DNA from: an uncultured Nitrososphaerota archaeon
GTDB taxonomy: Archaea; Thermoproteota; Nitrososphaeria; Nitrososphaerales; Nitrosopumilaceae
Direction: 5' to 3'
DNA: 64,000 bases
NCBI GenBank assembly: GCA_963824385.1
Contig: CAWGPD010000004.1
Coordinates: forward strand, 352,001 to 416,000
Shown: one piece after another, positions 51,231-62,675 of the stretch
Layout: every line of letters starts with the position of its first letter
How positions within the stretch are numbered: position 1 is the stretch's first letter
Program-made: the position numbers and the translations under genes
The notes under the pieces: model-generated
The model's database searches: none
Told to the model about the DNA's origin: nothing
The model's input: the letters and a program-made list of their open reading frames with translations, nothing else

Positions 51231-51477
51231 GTATATCCTCTGGAAATGATCGTTTCATAAAAGTTTCTTCCACAAGGAGGACATCCGCCAGATATGCAAT
51301 AGATCACACCAGTCATTGGATAAATTACACCATGAAAAATACATCTAAAATCAGATCTTGTCAAAATAAAGTCGTCAGAATAACATGAATTTTTAGATCT
51401 GATAATGAAAATTCTTTATTAAATTTACGAAGAATTTGATGCTAATCTAAATATACTAGTGAAATGTAGTTCAACTA

Positions 51478-51783
51478 ATGTTTAACCAACAAATTAAGAT
51501 AGGTTTGGTCGCAATAGTATTAATGGCAATCATGGTTTCTGCAGGAACAGCATTACCAGCTGCAAATGCACTAACACCAAGTACAATATACTATCAACAC
51601 AGCCACAAAACAGATAGATTTCCAGGTGGACAACACATCTGTGGAGAGCAACTATGTTCACCAGATGTTTGGTCAAAAATGGATAATGCACTTAACAAAT
51701 CACAACACAATGCAAGCATTTGCTCTGATTTGAAAGCATGGATATACTGTGGCCAACATGTCACTGCACCAAAGACTTCCTAA
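51478..51783 (+). CDS. Secreted hypothetical protein with CGxxLC motif
   Basis: Signal peptide ending ANA; ICGEQLC. Confidence 0.65.
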   Translation: MFNQQIKIGLVAIVLMAIMVSAGTALPAANALTPSTIYYQHSHKTDRFPGGQHICGEQLCSPDVWSKMDNALNKSQHNASICSDLKAWIYCGQHVTAPKTS

Positions 51784-51798
51784 GTCATCTAAAATACA

Positions 51799-52479
51799 AT
51801 GTCAACTAAGGTCTGTGTAACAATCGCAGAGTCTAACCCTAGAAAAATTGTTAAAGAGATGAAGAAGGCTCTTGCAGACTCGGACTATGTAGAGATTAGA
51901 CTTGATTTTTTAAAACCAAATCAAATTCCTTTTTGTTTATCCCTGTCAAAAAAATATCTCAATCGTTGCATATGTACAGTACGGCCAACTACAGAGGGAG
52001 GAAAATTTCAAGGTACTGAAAAAGAAAGAATCTCCATATTAAAATTAATTTCTGAGTTTGATCCATATCTTTTAGATGTAGAGTATAACACATTAAGAAA
52101 AAATCAAGGATTGCAAAAATATCTCAAAAGCACCAGAACTAACATACTTGTATCATGGCACGACTTTGTAAAAACGCCAAAGGAGCAAACTCTTAGAGTA
52201 ATGCTTCAGAGAATGTCCAAGTTTTCAAACAATGTCAAAATTGTTACTACTGCAAAGACAATAGGTGATACTATCAGTATTCTTTCACTATACAAAAATC
52301 ATGCAAAGAAAATCAAGCTAGTTTGCTTTGCAATGGGAGATTATGGTAGAATGTCAAGAATATTGTGTACAAAGCTTGGGAGTCCTTACACATATGTTTC
52401 ACAAGGCAAACCAGTAGCCCCAGGTCAATTCAGCCTCAAGGAAATGAAAAGCATATTGGCGTTGGAAGGTAAAAGTTAG
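51799..52479 (+). CDS. aroD: Type I 3-dehydroquinate dehydratase
   Basis: EIRLD; EGG; VSWHDF..TP; AMG..G..SR; APGQ. Confidence 0.93.
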   Translation: MSTKVCVTIAESNPRKIVKEMKKALADSDYVEIRLDFLKPNQIPFCLSLSKKYLNRCICTVRPTTEGGKFQGTEKERISILKLISEFDPYLLDVEYNTLRKNQGLQKYLKSTRTNILVSWHDFVKTPKEQTLRVMLQRMSKFSNNVKIVTTAKTIGDTISILSLYKNHAKKIKLVCFAMGDYGRMSRILCTKLGSPYTYVSQGKPVAPGQFSLKEMKSILALEGKS

Positions 52480-52528
52480 AAAGATACTAGGGTTGCAATA
52501 GAGAGTATTTTACTATTCAATTATACTA

Positions 52529-52786
52529 TTAATCAGAGTTTTTTTCCAATAATCTTCTAACAAAATTAAATTCCGCTTTTTTAATTTTTGTAGAATCAGA
52601 AACTTCATGAGCCATATCTACAAGATCATCTTTGGTCAAATCAGTTACCACGGTATCTTCTTTTTCAGATTGAAGTGAGTAATCTATATCGTTTAAAACA
52701 TCCACATTTTCATCAAGTAGCTTAGCACAATCATCAAGCATATCGATAAATTCTTCCATATCGTCCAATACTTGATCAAAACACAT
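52529..52786 (-). CDS. Acidic hypothetical protein
   Basis: 85-aa ORF, D/E-rich. Confidence 0.5.
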   Translation of the reverse strand: MCFDQVLDDMEEFIDMLDDCAKLLDENVDVLNDIDYSLQSEKEDTVVTDLTKDDLVDMAHEVSDSTKIKKAEFNFVRRLLEKNSD

Positions 52787-52866
52787 TACATTAATTAATT
52801 AATCTGTGTTCATAGGCATCAAACTCAATGCCACCATTATTATAAAAGAAACAAGAAAAGTATACC

Positions 52867-53149
52867 ATGAAACTCAAGTCGTCTCAGAATAACACACCTA
52901 GAAACACAATAATTTTAGCTACAATTGTAACAATTCTATTAGGAGTATTTCGATTAGTGTTATTTTTGGTACTTGTTTGGATAGACTGCAATAGCATTCA
53001 TCATAGTTTACCAATACAGAGCATCTAGATCAAACACAGGAAATTTTGTTTGTCTAGATTGCGCTACAATCCATCAAGATTTAGCCTGCCCAAAATGCGG
53101 TTCAAAACTTAAGAAAATATATTCTAAAGACAACAAGTATGGAATTTAA
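52867..53149 (+). CDS. Membrane protein with C-terminal Zn ribbon (frameshifted)
   Basis: N-terminal TM frame; downstream frame FVCLDCATIHQDLACPKCGSK. Confidence 0.5.
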
Positions 53150-53208
53150 CCTGTTACAGTTACTAGAAACGTCCATAATCGCTTAAATCACTATTCATCA
53201 AGTAAAAT

Positions 53209-54033
53209 ATGATGACAAAAACTTATGCAGTCATAGGAGATCCGATTGATCATTCGTTTTCGCCTGCACTACATAATGCAGCTTTTTTATTCACGGGTCT
53301 TGATTGCACCTATATCGCATATAGAATTCCAAAAGGAGAATTAGAGTTTGGAATTGAGGCCTTGAAGAAGATAAGCATTGCAGGATTCAATGTTACAATA
53401 CCCCACAAGGTTGACATGATGAAATTTCTTGATGACATGGATGATGAATGTAAATTGGTAGGAGCTACAAATACAGTAATCAATAATGCAGGATTCCTCA
53501 AGGGATACAATACAGATGTAGAAGGGTTCTTAGATCCTATAAAAAAGCGAAAAATTGATTCCAAAGATTCTGATGTTTTACTAATGGGGGCAGGTGGAGT
53601 TGCAAGAGCCATAATAGTTGGATTTGGCAAGGAAAAAGTTCGTAAAATCACTATTGCAAATAGGACTCGTGATAGAGCAGATGAATTGATCAAATTTGCC
53701 CAGAATCTAGGCATAGAATCAGATTACTTGGATCTTCAATCAGCTGGAGAGACTGCCAACAAATACAAATTTGTAGTAAATGCAACATCAGTTGGACTAA
53801 AAGGAATAGGCTGTCCCATATCTACAAAAAATATTAATCGTGATTGTATAGTATATGACATTGTCTATGTGCCAGTTGAAACTCCTTTAATCGAACAGTC
53901 AAAAAATCAAGGTGCGACGATCATATATGGATGGGAAATGCTTCTTGCTCAAGCAATGAAGTCATTTGAGATTTGGACTGGTAAGCAGGCCCCATACGAA
54001 GCCATGAAATTGACCTTACTTGGTAGGTTTTAG
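53209..54033 (+). CDS. aroE: Shikimate dehydrogenase
   Basis: GDPIDHSFSP; NVTIPHK; NTD; GAGG; NATSVG. Confidence 0.95.
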   Translation: MMTKTYAVIGDPIDHSFSPALHNAAFLFTGLDCTYIAYRIPKGELEFGIEALKKISIAGFNVTIPHKVDMMKFLDDMDDECKLVGATNTVINNAGFLKGYNTDVEGFLDPIKKRKIDSKDSDVLLMGAGGVARAIIVGFGKEKVRKITIANRTRDRADELIKFAQNLGIESDYLDLQSAGETANKYKFVVNATSVGLKGIGCPISTKNINRDCIVYDIVYVPVETPLIEQSKNQGATIIYGWEMLLAQAMKSFEIWTGKQAPYEAMKLTLLGRF

Positions 54034-54035
54034 AG

Positions 54036-54890
54036 ATGCGCAAAGCAAAAGCAAGCATGCATGGTGCAGTATCAATAGTAAACGCTATTGCTACAGGAAA
54101 GGGTTCCACCCTTGGCATATCATTAGGCATAGAGGCAATAGTAGAAACAGAACCTGGTAAAGGAATAATATTTGAAAATAGAGAGTCAAATCTTAGTTCT
54201 AGACTAATACGTAAAGTAGTTGAAACATCAGTTCCAAAATCTGAACTTGAAAAAAATAAAATAATAATTTCTGTAAAATCTGAAATTCCTTCAGGATATG
54301 GACTCAAAAGCTCAAGTGCCATTTCATCTGTAATATCGCTTGCATGTGCAAAATTATTTAATCCAAAAGCAACTGATCTTGACATTTTAAGATATGGAGT
54401 ACAGGCATCCATAGAATCCAAAGTAAGCATAACAGGAGCTTTTGATGACGCATGTGGGTGCTATTTTGGAGGATTTGTTGTAACAGATAATTCCAACATA
54501 AAAATAATAAAATCAGAAAAAGCACCCGAAGATTTGTCTGCAATAATATTTATTCCAAAGTCTAGAAGAAGAGGCAATGTGAAAAAATTAAAAATTCTAG
54601 AGGGAGTTTTTTCACAAGCATTGGATCTTGCAAGCAAGTCAGACTATTGGAATGCAATGATACTTAACGGTCTTGCTACATCTGCAATCTTAGGTTCTGA
54701 TCCAAAAATCATAACTGATCTCATAGATAGTGGAGCACTTGGTGCATCAGTATCTGGAAATGGACCTTCAATAGCTGCTATAGTAAAAAATGACAGAATA
54801 TCAAGTGTAAAGAAAGTATTCTCATCCTTAGAGGGAGGAACCATAGTTTCTCCAATAAACAATAGGAAGGCAGAAGTTTATGAAATGTAG
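54036..54890 (+). CDS. aroK: Archaeal shikimate kinase (GHMP family)
   Basis: IVNAIATG; GLKSSSA; TGAFDDA; SGNGPS. Confidence 0.95.
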   Translation: MRKAKASMHGAVSIVNAIATGKGSTLGISLGIEAIVETEPGKGIIFENRESNLSSRLIRKVVETSVPKSELEKNKIIISVKSEIPSGYGLKSSSAISSVISLACAKLFNPKATDLDILRYGVQASIESKVSITGAFDDACGCYFGGFVVTDNSNIKIIKSEKAPEDLSAIIFIPKSRRRGNVKKLKILEGVFSQALDLASKSDYWNAMILNGLATSAILGSDPKIITDLIDSGALGASVSGNGPSIAAIVKNDRISSVKKVFSSLEGGTIVSPINNRKAEVYEM

Positions 54891-56142
54891 TGTTGACAAG
54901 TCACGTCTTTCTGGTACCATAAGATGCCCTCCAAACAAGAGTTATTCTCATCGTGCTGTTTTTCTTGCCTCACTTGCAAATGGAAAAAGTACCTTGAGAA
55001 ACGTTTTACTGTCTAGAGACACTTTGGCAACAATTAATGCATGCAAAGTCTTTGGGGCAAAGATAGAGATTAACAATTCAACTGTAATAGTTGAAAGCAA
55101 AGGAGAAGTAATCCCACAGACTTGTGACATAGACGCATCAAATTCAGGCACTACAATTAGAATTTCAACTGCAATTGCATCTCTTTCAGATAATACAATA
55201 ACGCTCACTGGAGATTCAAGTCTAAAAAAGAGACCCATGCAACCACTACTTGATGCATTAGAGCAACTTGGAGTATTTTACACATCAACAGATGGCAAGC
55301 CACCAGTCACTGTGAAAGGAAAGGCAGTTGGTGGAACAACTCACATTTCAGGTTCGATTTCAAGCCAATTTATTTCCGCACTCTTGATTGCAGGTCCAAA
55401 GATGAAGAATGGACTTGCATTAGAAATTGATGGAGATCTAGTATCAAAGCCATATCTTGATTCCACCATTGCTACAATGAAAAAATTTGGTGTCACAGTT
55501 GATGTAATTTTACCATACAAAAAATACAATGTTGCAAATCAAGAATACAAATCTGCAGAGTTTGCAGTTCCTTCAGATTTCTCAAGTATGGCACTCTTAC
55601 TTTCTGCAGCAGTATTGTTAGGAGAAGATATGACAATTGAAGCATCCATTGGAGATCTACCACAAGGAGATCAAGAAATTATATCATATTTAGAAAAATT
55701 AGGTGTAAAAATAAACATGGGTGAAAAGATAACCATATCATCTCCAAAACTTCTCAATGGAGGAAAGTTTGATCTGTCAAACAATCCAGACCTCCTTCCG
55801 CCAATGGCAATTCTAGCTCTTAAGACATCAAAACCAATTGAGATTTACAATGTAAAACATGCACGATTTAAAGAAACAGACAGAATTGCAATTTTAGCAA
55901 AAGAACTTGCAAAGATTGGAGTCATAGTAACAGAAAAAGAGGACGGATTAATTCTACAAGCCCCAAAAATTCTAAAGAGTGCCGAATTAGATTCTTCTGA
56001 AGATCATAGACTATTCATGGCACTTTCCATTGCAGGCATGTTTGTTGGAAATTGTACTGTTACTGATCCTGATTCTGTAGATGTCTCATATCCAACATTT
56101 GTTGAAGATATGAAGAAAATTGGTGCAAAAATAATAGTTTGA
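54880..56142 (+). CDS. aroA: 3-phosphoshikimate 1-carboxyvinyltransferase (EPSP synthase)
   Basis: KSYSHRA; NSGTTIR; SSQFISALL; KETDRI; DHR. Confidence 0.96.
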   Translation: MKCSVDKSRLSGTIRCPPNKSYSHRAVFLASLANGKSTLRNVLLSRDTLATINACKVFGAKIEINNSTVIVESKGEVIPQTCDIDASNSGTTIRISTAIASLSDNTITLTGDSSLKKRPMQPLLDALEQLGVFYTSTDGKPPVTVKGKAVGGTTHISGSISSQFISALLIAGPKMKNGLALEIDGDLVSKPYLDSTIATMKKFGVTVDVILPYKKYNVANQEYKSAEFAVPSDFSSMALLLSAAVLLGEDMTIEASIGDLPQGDQEIISYLEKLGVKINMGEKITISSPKLLNGGKFDLSNNPDLLPPMAILALKTSKPIEIYNVKHARFKETDRIAILAKELAKIGVIVTEKEDGLILQAPKILKSAELDSSEDHRLFMALSIAGMFVGNCTVTDPDSVDVSYPTFVEDMKKIGAKIIV

Positions 56143-56225
56143 GAAAAGATAGATTTTTCAACAATTTCATCATATAGAGCCCTATTTCCTAGAAAGATTA
56201 TAAACGCGTAAAAGGAAATTTTATC

Positions 56226-57323
56226 ATGTCATCAAGTTCCATAGGACAGCGTTTTGTTTTTACAAGTTTTGGTGAAAGCCATGGAAGATGTATAGGTGCA
56301 ACAGTTGATGGATGTCCAGCAGGATTAGAGATTGAAGAAAAAGACATTCAGACTATGCTTGATTTACGCAAACCAGGCCAGTCCATCATTACAACCCAAA
56401 GAAAAGAGGATGATAAAGTAGAGATTCTTTCAGGAGTATACAAAGGATATACTACTGGAGCACCCATTACAATGATCATCTGGAATAAAGACCAGCATTC
56501 AATAGATTATGACAATCTAACTCTAAAACCAAGACCTGGTCATTCTGATTATCCAGCATATATCAAGTACAAAGGATTTAACGATATTAGAGGAGGAGGC
56601 AGATTTTCAGGAAGGCTAACAGTTACATTTGTCATGGCAGGAGCTATTGCAAGAAAACTTCTTTTGAAAACTTTGGGAATTGAGACTTTTTCCTATACAT
56701 GCCAAGTTGGAAATATAAAAATGAAAGAGCATGCATCGTTGAAAATGAAAAATTCCATATACAGTAATGAAGTGAGATGTCCAGATCCAAATATTGCAGG
56801 TAAGATGCGTCAGACAATTCTTGCAGCAAGACGAAGTGGAGATTCAGTGGGCGGTGTCATCGAATCATTAACAATGAACTTACCAGTAGGACTTGGTGAG
56901 CCCATTTTTGGCTCCCTAGAATCAGATTTGAGTAAAGCACTCTTTTCAATCCCTGCTGTAAAAGGGGTAGAATTTGGCTCTGGTTTTCATGGTTCCGCAT
57001 TACACGGTTCAGAAAATAATGATGAATTTCTAATTAAAAATGGGAAAATTCAAACCAAAACTAATAACGCTGGAGGAATTCTAGGAGGCATTTCCACAGG
57101 AATGCCAATTGTCTTGCGAGTTGCATTCAAACCAGCATCATCAATATCAAAAAAACAGCACACTGTTGATCTTAAAACAAAGAAACCATCTACTGTAATA
57201 GTTAAAGGAAGACATGATCCATGTGTAGTTCCTCGTGCACCCCCAGTAGTAGACTCGCTAGTATCAGTGGTACTTGCCGACCATGCAATTAGAGCAGGTT
57301 TTATTCCATTGGTCATCAGATAA
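56226..57323 (+). CDS. aroC: Chorismate synthase
   Basis: [34 protein letters not shown]. Confidence 0.97.
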   Translation: MSSSSIGQRFVFTSFGESHGRCIGATVDGCPAGLEIEEKDIQTMLDLRKPGQSIITTQRKEDDKVEILSGVYKGYTTGAPITMIIWNKDQHSIDYDNLTLKPRPGHSDYPAYIKYKGFNDIRGGGRFSGRLTVTFVMAGAIARKLLLKTLGIETFSYTCQVGNIKMKEHASLKMKNSIYSNEVRCPDPNIAGKMRQTILAARRSGDSVGGVIESLTMNLPVGLGEPIFGSLESDLSKALFSIPAVKGVEFGSGFHGSALHGSENNDEFLIKNGKIQTKTNNAGGILGGISTGMPIVLRVAFKPASSISKKQHTVDLKTKKPSTVIVKGRHDPCVVPRAPPVVDSLVSVVLADHAIRAGFIPLVIR

Positions 57324-57326
57324 GAA

Positions 57327-58697
57327 ATGACAGACATCAACAACTTGCGTGACAAAATAGACAAAATAACATTTGATATTCTAAAATTACTTAAAGAAAG
57401 AAATGATGTTGCAAAAGAAATTGGTAATTTAAAGAATAATCTAGGCATAGGAGTTACAGATGAAGAAAGAGAAAATCAACTTCGTGCAAGAGTCTTGACA
57501 TTATGCAAAGAGATAGGACTTGACGAAAAGACAGCCATGATAATGTTAAATTTCCTATTAAACGAATCTGTTAAAATTCAATCTTCAAACAAGCATACAC
57601 ATCTTGCAGTATTTTTGAAAGCAAAGAAAATGGAACAAGAAGGGAAAAAAATAATCCATATGGAGGTGGGCGAGCCAGATTTCTTACCACCAAAGATTGT
57701 CAAAGATGCACTCTCCGAAGTTTATGACATGGGGTATACAAAATATGGAGATTCAAAGGGAATGTCAGGATTTAGAGATGCACTTGCAAAGTATGTCACA
57801 GAAAAATTCCAAGTCAAAACATCATTGGAAAATATTTTAGTTTCCCCCGGAGCACGATTTTCCATATTTCTTGCAATTTCTAGCCTAATGAATCCAGGCA
57901 ATGAAATCATAATAATAGAACCAGCTTGGCCGGCATATCGTGATAATGCTCTTAATTCTGGAATAAAGATCAGAACTATTCACACTACACTTGAAGACAA
58001 GTGGGAGCCAAATATCAAAGATATAGAGAATGCAATAAATCAAAATACAAAGATGATAGTTCTCAACTATCCAAATAATCCAACTGGCAAGATTCTCCCA
58101 GTAAAATTACAAGATCAAATAATAGATTTAGCAGTTAAAAATGATCTGTATGTGTTAAGTGATGAGATTTACTCATCATATGCATACAAGTCATGGAAGA
58201 GTATACTTTCATATGGATATAACAAATCCATAGTTACACAGTCATTTTCAAAATCACATGCTATGACAGGCTTTAGAATCGGGTATGCAATATCCAGCCC
58301 CGATATAATAGAAAAAATGTCAAAGCTTCAGACTCTTGCATTAACAAATGTATCAGAACCAATCCAATACGTTGCCATGAAAGCATTAGAGGCAGATACA
58401 ACTAACAATACTAGAACCATTAAAAACAGAGTAGAATCAATATCAAAAAAAGCAAAAACAATGCAATTAGACTTTGTAGAGCCAGATGGTGCCATGTACA
58501 TATTTGCCAAGATAAGACAGGATAATTTTGATTCAGTAGATTTTACAAACAAACTTTTGGATGCAGGGGTTGCAATAGCACCAGGAGAAGGATTTGGCAA
58601 CTATCAAGGATTTGTTAGGATATCAGCCTGCCAGCCAGAAGATACACTTAATCAGGGAATGCAAATAATAGAGGACAGGTTAAAGAGTAAACAATGA
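57327..58697 (+). CDS. Chorismate mutase (AroQ) - class I/II aminotransferase fusion
   Basis: LRDKIDKI...ER....EIG..K...D.ERE; GEPDF, NYPNNPTG, SDEIY, SFSKSHAMTGFRIG. Confidence 0.9.
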   Translation: MTDINNLRDKIDKITFDILKLLKERNDVAKEIGNLKNNLGIGVTDEERENQLRARVLTLCKEIGLDEKTAMIMLNFLLNESVKIQSSNKHTHLAVFLKAKKMEQEGKKIIHMEVGEPDFLPPKIVKDALSEVYDMGYTKYGDSKGMSGFRDALAKYVTEKFQVKTSLENILVSPGARFSIFLAISSLMNPGNEIIIIEPAWPAYRDNALNSGIKIRTIHTTLEDKWEPNIKDIENAINQNTKMIVLNYPNNPTGKILPVKLQDQIIDLAVKNDLYVLSDEIYSSYAYKSWKSILSYGYNKSIVTQSFSKSHAMTGFRIGYAISSPDIIEKMSKLQTLALTNVSEPIQYVAMKALEADTTNNTRTIKNRVESISKKAKTMQLDFVEPDGAMYIFAKIRQDNFDSVDFTNKLLDAGVAIAPGEGFGNYQGFVRISACQPEDTLNQGMQIIEDRLKSKQ

Positions 58698-59548
58698 AGA
58701 AGAAAATTGCCATAATTGGTGCTGAAGGTCAAATGGGAAAATGGTTCTCAAGGTATTTTCTTGAGAAAGATTATGACATAATTGGATATGACTCTGAAAA
58801 AGAGATTTTGAATAAATTAGTTACAAAGGCACAGTCACTTGTAGGTGCTATTTTAACAGCTGATTACGTTATTTTATGTATTCCAGTAAAACGTACACCT
58901 GAGACGATAAGACTCATTGCAAAAGAGATGAAGCGTGACTCTTATTTGATAGACATCTCTTCTCTTAAAACAAAAACTGCCGCTGCACTTTCCAAGATAC
59001 CAGACAAAGTAAACCCCATTTGCATCCATCCCATGTTTGGCCCTGGAACTAAGAAATTAAAAGGACAAAACATAATCTCAATCCCAATCAGGGATGCAAA
59101 AAAAGAGATGGCCGTAGCAAAATCATTGTTTGAAGAGGCAAGCTTTGTCCAGATAGATGCAGCAGAGCATGACAAGAAAATTGCAATTGTTCTTGGAATG
59201 CCTCACTTGGTAAATTTGGCACTTGCCAACATATTTGCAAAGGAAGAAAATTTCTCTCTAGTTGAAAAAATGGCAGGAACTACTTTCAAGGCTCAAAAAT
59301 ATCTCACTACTGGAATAATGACAGAACCACAAGAACTTATTGAAACAATAATTTCAAATCCTGAGATTAGAAGATACGCAGAAGAATTTTGGAAGGACAT
59401 AGGGAGAATGCTCATTTTGATTCAAGAGAATAAAACAGAGGAGATGATAAAATACATCTCAAGTGCCAAAGAAAGACTAGCCAAGAATGTAGATTTTGAC
59501 GAATCATACAAGAAACTTGTTACAATGGTAAATGCTGTAGAAAAATAA
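58694..59548 (+). CDS. tyrA: Prephenate dehydrogenase
   Basis: IIGAEGQMG; DISSLK; HPMFGP; EHD; PH. Confidence 0.92.
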   Translation: MKKKIAIIGAEGQMGKWFSRYFLEKDYDIIGYDSEKEILNKLVTKAQSLVGAILTADYVILCIPVKRTPETIRLIAKEMKRDSYLIDISSLKTKTAAALSKIPDKVNPICIHPMFGPGTKKLKGQNIISIPIRDAKKEMAVAKSLFEEASFVQIDAAEHDKKIAIVLGMPHLVNLALANIFAKEENFSLVEKMAGTTFKAQKYLTTGIMTEPQELIETIISNPEIRRYAEEFWKDIGRMLILIQENKTEEMIKYISSAKERLAKNVDFDESYKKLVTMVNAVEK

Positions 59549-59953
59549 TTGAAATCCACTAAAATTGTAACTTCTTTTTTAACTCAGGACGATCAGTATC
59601 TCATTTTAAAACGCAGTAGTAAGGTTAGGACAATGAAAGATCTTTGGGCAGGCATAAGTGGGATCATAGAAGGTAGTGAGGATCCGTTGTACAGGGCAAA
59701 AAAAGAGATTCTCGAAGAGACAAGTATTACAGAAAATCAAATTACATTGCTTAGAGCAGCATCCCAAATTAGAATAGATTCTCCCCAATATGCAAATCAT
59801 GAATGGTTGATCTTTCCATTTTTATTTTCTGTGAAAAAACCTCAAATTAGATTGAATTGGGAAAATTCAGAGTATCAGTGGATAGCCCCATCAGATATGA
59901 AAAAATTTCAAACGGTTCCAAGTCTTGAGAAAGTACTAGCTAGTCTGTTGTAA
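59549..59953 (+). CDS. NUDIX hydrolase
   Basis: SGIIE......AKKEILEET; LNWEN. Confidence 0.85.
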   Translation: MKSTKIVTSFLTQDDQYLILKRSSKVRTMKDLWAGISGIIEGSEDPLYRAKKEILEETSITENQITLLRAASQIRIDSPQYANHEWLIFPFLFSVKKPQIRLNWENSEYQWIAPSDMKKFQTVPSLEKVLASLL

Positions 59954-61264
59954 TTTTTCTACTTCGGTTTTTGTAAATCTCTGTTGAGGAAGCATAATGT
60001 AAACACATGCTCCTCCACACATCGTACATGGAACTGTATTTCCTTTGAGCTGACCTGTTCTTGCATGAATGCGTGCTGCCTCTTCTGGATCAATTGAGAG
60101 TGCAATCTGTTTTTCCCAATTCAATGTTCTTCTTGCTTCAGTCATCTCCATATCCCATTTGATTGCCTTGTCTCTTAATTTGACAAGATCTCCAGCATGA
60201 GCTGCAATCCTATATGCAATAAGTCCAGCTTTTACTTCTTCGGCATTAGGCAATGCAAGATGTTCTGCAGGTGTTAGATAACATAGTAAATCAACTCCTT
60301 CACTTGCAGAGATTGCAGCACCTATTGCACTTGCAATATGATCATGTCCTGAAGCAACATCTGTTACAAGTGGCCCAAGAACATAATATGGAACCTCGCC
60401 AATTAGAGATTTTGCCAATCTAACATTGGCTGCAACTTCGTTGAGTGGTACATGTCCTGGTCCTTCAACCATCACTTGAACATCTTTTTCATGTGCAATT
60501 TTAGTAAGTCGTGAAATATTGATCATTTCCTGTACTTGGAGTTCATCGTGAGAATCAAGAATAGAACCTGGTCGTAGTGCATCTCCCAGACTAAAAGTAA
60601 CGTCATATTTTCTTGCAATCTCAATCAAATAATCAAAATGCTCAAAGTAAGGATTCTCCTTGTCATACTTTAACATCCATGCAGCTGTAATAGTGCCTCC
60701 TTTGCTTACGATGCCTCCGTGTCTTTTTACTGCAAGAATACGTTTTGCTATATCCTTAGTTATACCCGAATGAATTGTGGTATAATCAACTCCATCTTTT
60801 ACATTATGTTCAAAAGCATTTAGAAAATCATCCTCTGTGATGTCAAGTGGATTTTTGTGTTTTTCCACACCGTAATTATATGCCTCATAAACAGGAACTG
60901 TTCCAAAAGCAATAGGTGCAACTTCAAGTAGTTTTCTTCTATACAATCCCACATCACCTCCATCACTAAGATCCATGATGGTATCAGCATGATATTTTAT
61001 TGCGACCTGAGCTTTCTTGATCTCCTCTTCAAGATTCTGATTTAATGTAGAATTTCCAATGTTAACATTCACCTTAGTCTTCATGCCCTTTCCTATTCCA
61101 ACCACCCTAATTTTTTGCAGGCGAGTATTATTGTGAGGAATTATAATAGAACCGTTTGCAATTTTAGGAATAAGCCAATCCAATGTCACATCTTCATCAT
61201 GGGCAACTGCCTTCATTTCATCTGTGGCAACACCTCTTCGTGCTGCATTCATCTGTGTACTCAA
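59936..61264 (-). CDS. thiC: Phosphomethylpyrimidine synthase
   Basis: KVNVNIG; SLGDALRPG; EGPGHVP; CTMCGGAC. Confidence 0.97.
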   Translation of the reverse strand: MSTQMNAARRGVATDEMKAVAHDEDVTLDWLIPKIANGSIIIPHNNTRLQKIRVVGIGKGMKTKVNVNIGNSTLNQNLEEEIKKAQVAIKYHADTIMDLSDGGDVGLYRRKLLEVAPIAFGTVPVYEAYNYGVEKHKNPLDITEDDFLNAFEHNVKDGVDYTTIHSGITKDIAKRILAVKRHGGIVSKGGTITAAWMLKYDKENPYFEHFDYLIEIARKYDVTFSLGDALRPGSILDSHDELQVQEMINISRLTKIAHEKDVQVMVEGPGHVPLNEVAANVRLAKSLIGEVPYYVLGPLVTDVASGHDHIASAIGAAISASEGVDLLCYLTPAEHLALPNAEEVKAGLIAYRIAAHAGDLVKLRDKAIKWDMEMTEARRTLNWEKQIALSIDPEEAARIHARTGQLKGNTVPCTMCGGACVYIMLPQQRFTKTEVEKLQQTS

Positions 61265-61319
61265 TTTACTATTTTTAGCGAGTAATTGGATTTAAACGTG
61301 AGTTTCTAAACCTAAGATC

Positions 61320-62627
61320 ATGCATGTGTTGTCAATTGCAGGTTCTGATCCATCCTCAGGAGCAGGCATTCAGGGAGACCTGAAGACATTTAGCTCATTT
61401 GGAGTAGATGGTCTAAGTGTAGTTACAGCAATTACTAGTCAGAATACATCAAGCTTTTTGGTGTAGAACCAGTTTCAAAATTACTTGTAAAAAGTCAGAT
61501 AAGGTCAATTCTAGAAGATTTTCACATAGATGCAATCAAGATAGGAATGGTTTACGACAAGCAAACTATTAGAGCAATACATTCAGAATTTGAAAAAATT
61601 AAAATTCCCATAATCCTTGATCCCATTTTCAAATCCACGACTGGTGGAATTCTACAAATGCAAAGTGCTTTTTCTGATTTCAAAAAGTTTCTAGTCCCTC
61701 TTTGCTATATAATCACTCCAAATATTATAGAAGCTGAGAAGATCTCAGGCATCAAGATAAAATCGTTAAAGGATGTGAAAAATGCCGCAATGAAAATTCA
61801 AAAAATGGGAGCAAAAAATGTGATAATAAAAGGCGGTCATTTTTTCAATGGAGACAAGGTCACAGATGTATTATTAGAAGATAAAAAATTTAGTATTTTT
61901 TCTCACACTAGACTAAAATTTGAAAGTCATGGAGGAGGATGTACTTTTTCAGCCGCTCTATGTGCAAACATTGCAAGAGGAAAAAAATTATCAGATGCAG
62001 TTGATTCTGCACGTCTTTTTACAGTAGAATCCATTAGAAACGCTACAAAGAGTGGAAGAGGCATACCAGTTATCAAAAGATCAAAGGGTGATGTGATTGA
62101 AAACCAGTTATCCAAAGCCATTTCAGAGTTTTGCTCAATTAAATCCATAAATGAATACATTCCAGAATGCCAAACAAATTTTGTATATTCCATATCAAAT
62201 CCAACAACTCTAAAAGATGTATTGGGGTTAGAAGGTAGAATTGTAAGAACTGGAAAGCTAGTAACAGTAGCAGGTCATCTCAAGTATGGAGGATCAAAGC
62301 ATATCGCATCAGCAGTATTAGAAATGGCAAGAAAATTTCCTTCCATAAGATCTAGTTTGAACATAAAGTATGATGAAAAGATAATCAAAAAATCAGTCTC
62401 CAAAGGATTGAAAGTTTCATCTTATGATAGAAGTGAAGAACCACTTGAGATTAGAGAAAAGGAGGGCAATACCATGTCATGGGGAATCAAGGTAGTCTAT
62501 AACAAATTTGAAAACTCCTCCAGATATTGTATTTCATAGAGGAGGTTTTGGAAAAGAAGCCATGATTTTAATTTTTGGAAAAAATCCAGCCGACGTATTA
62601 GGAAAAATTTCGAAGATATCAAGATAG
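61320..62627 (+). CDS. thiDN: HMP/HMP-P kinase - thiamine-phosphate synthase fusion (frameshifts near 61455 and 62500)
   Basis: [34 protein letters not shown]; ThiN IPECQTN, GGSKH, G.GKE.MI. Confidence 0.9.
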
Positions 62628-62675
62628 AATTGTTTCATCCTTCAACATAAATACCAGAAATTTAGAATAAAATAC

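Noticed and set aside
51340..51405. Short inverted repeats upstream of alba (ATCAGATCT/AGATCTGAT)
   Set aside because: 9 bp in AT-rich DNA and not seen elsewhere; could be chance
61265..61319. TPP riboswitch between thiC and thiDN
   Set aside because: Only 55 bp, AT-rich, and lacks the conserved GCTGAGA/CTGA core
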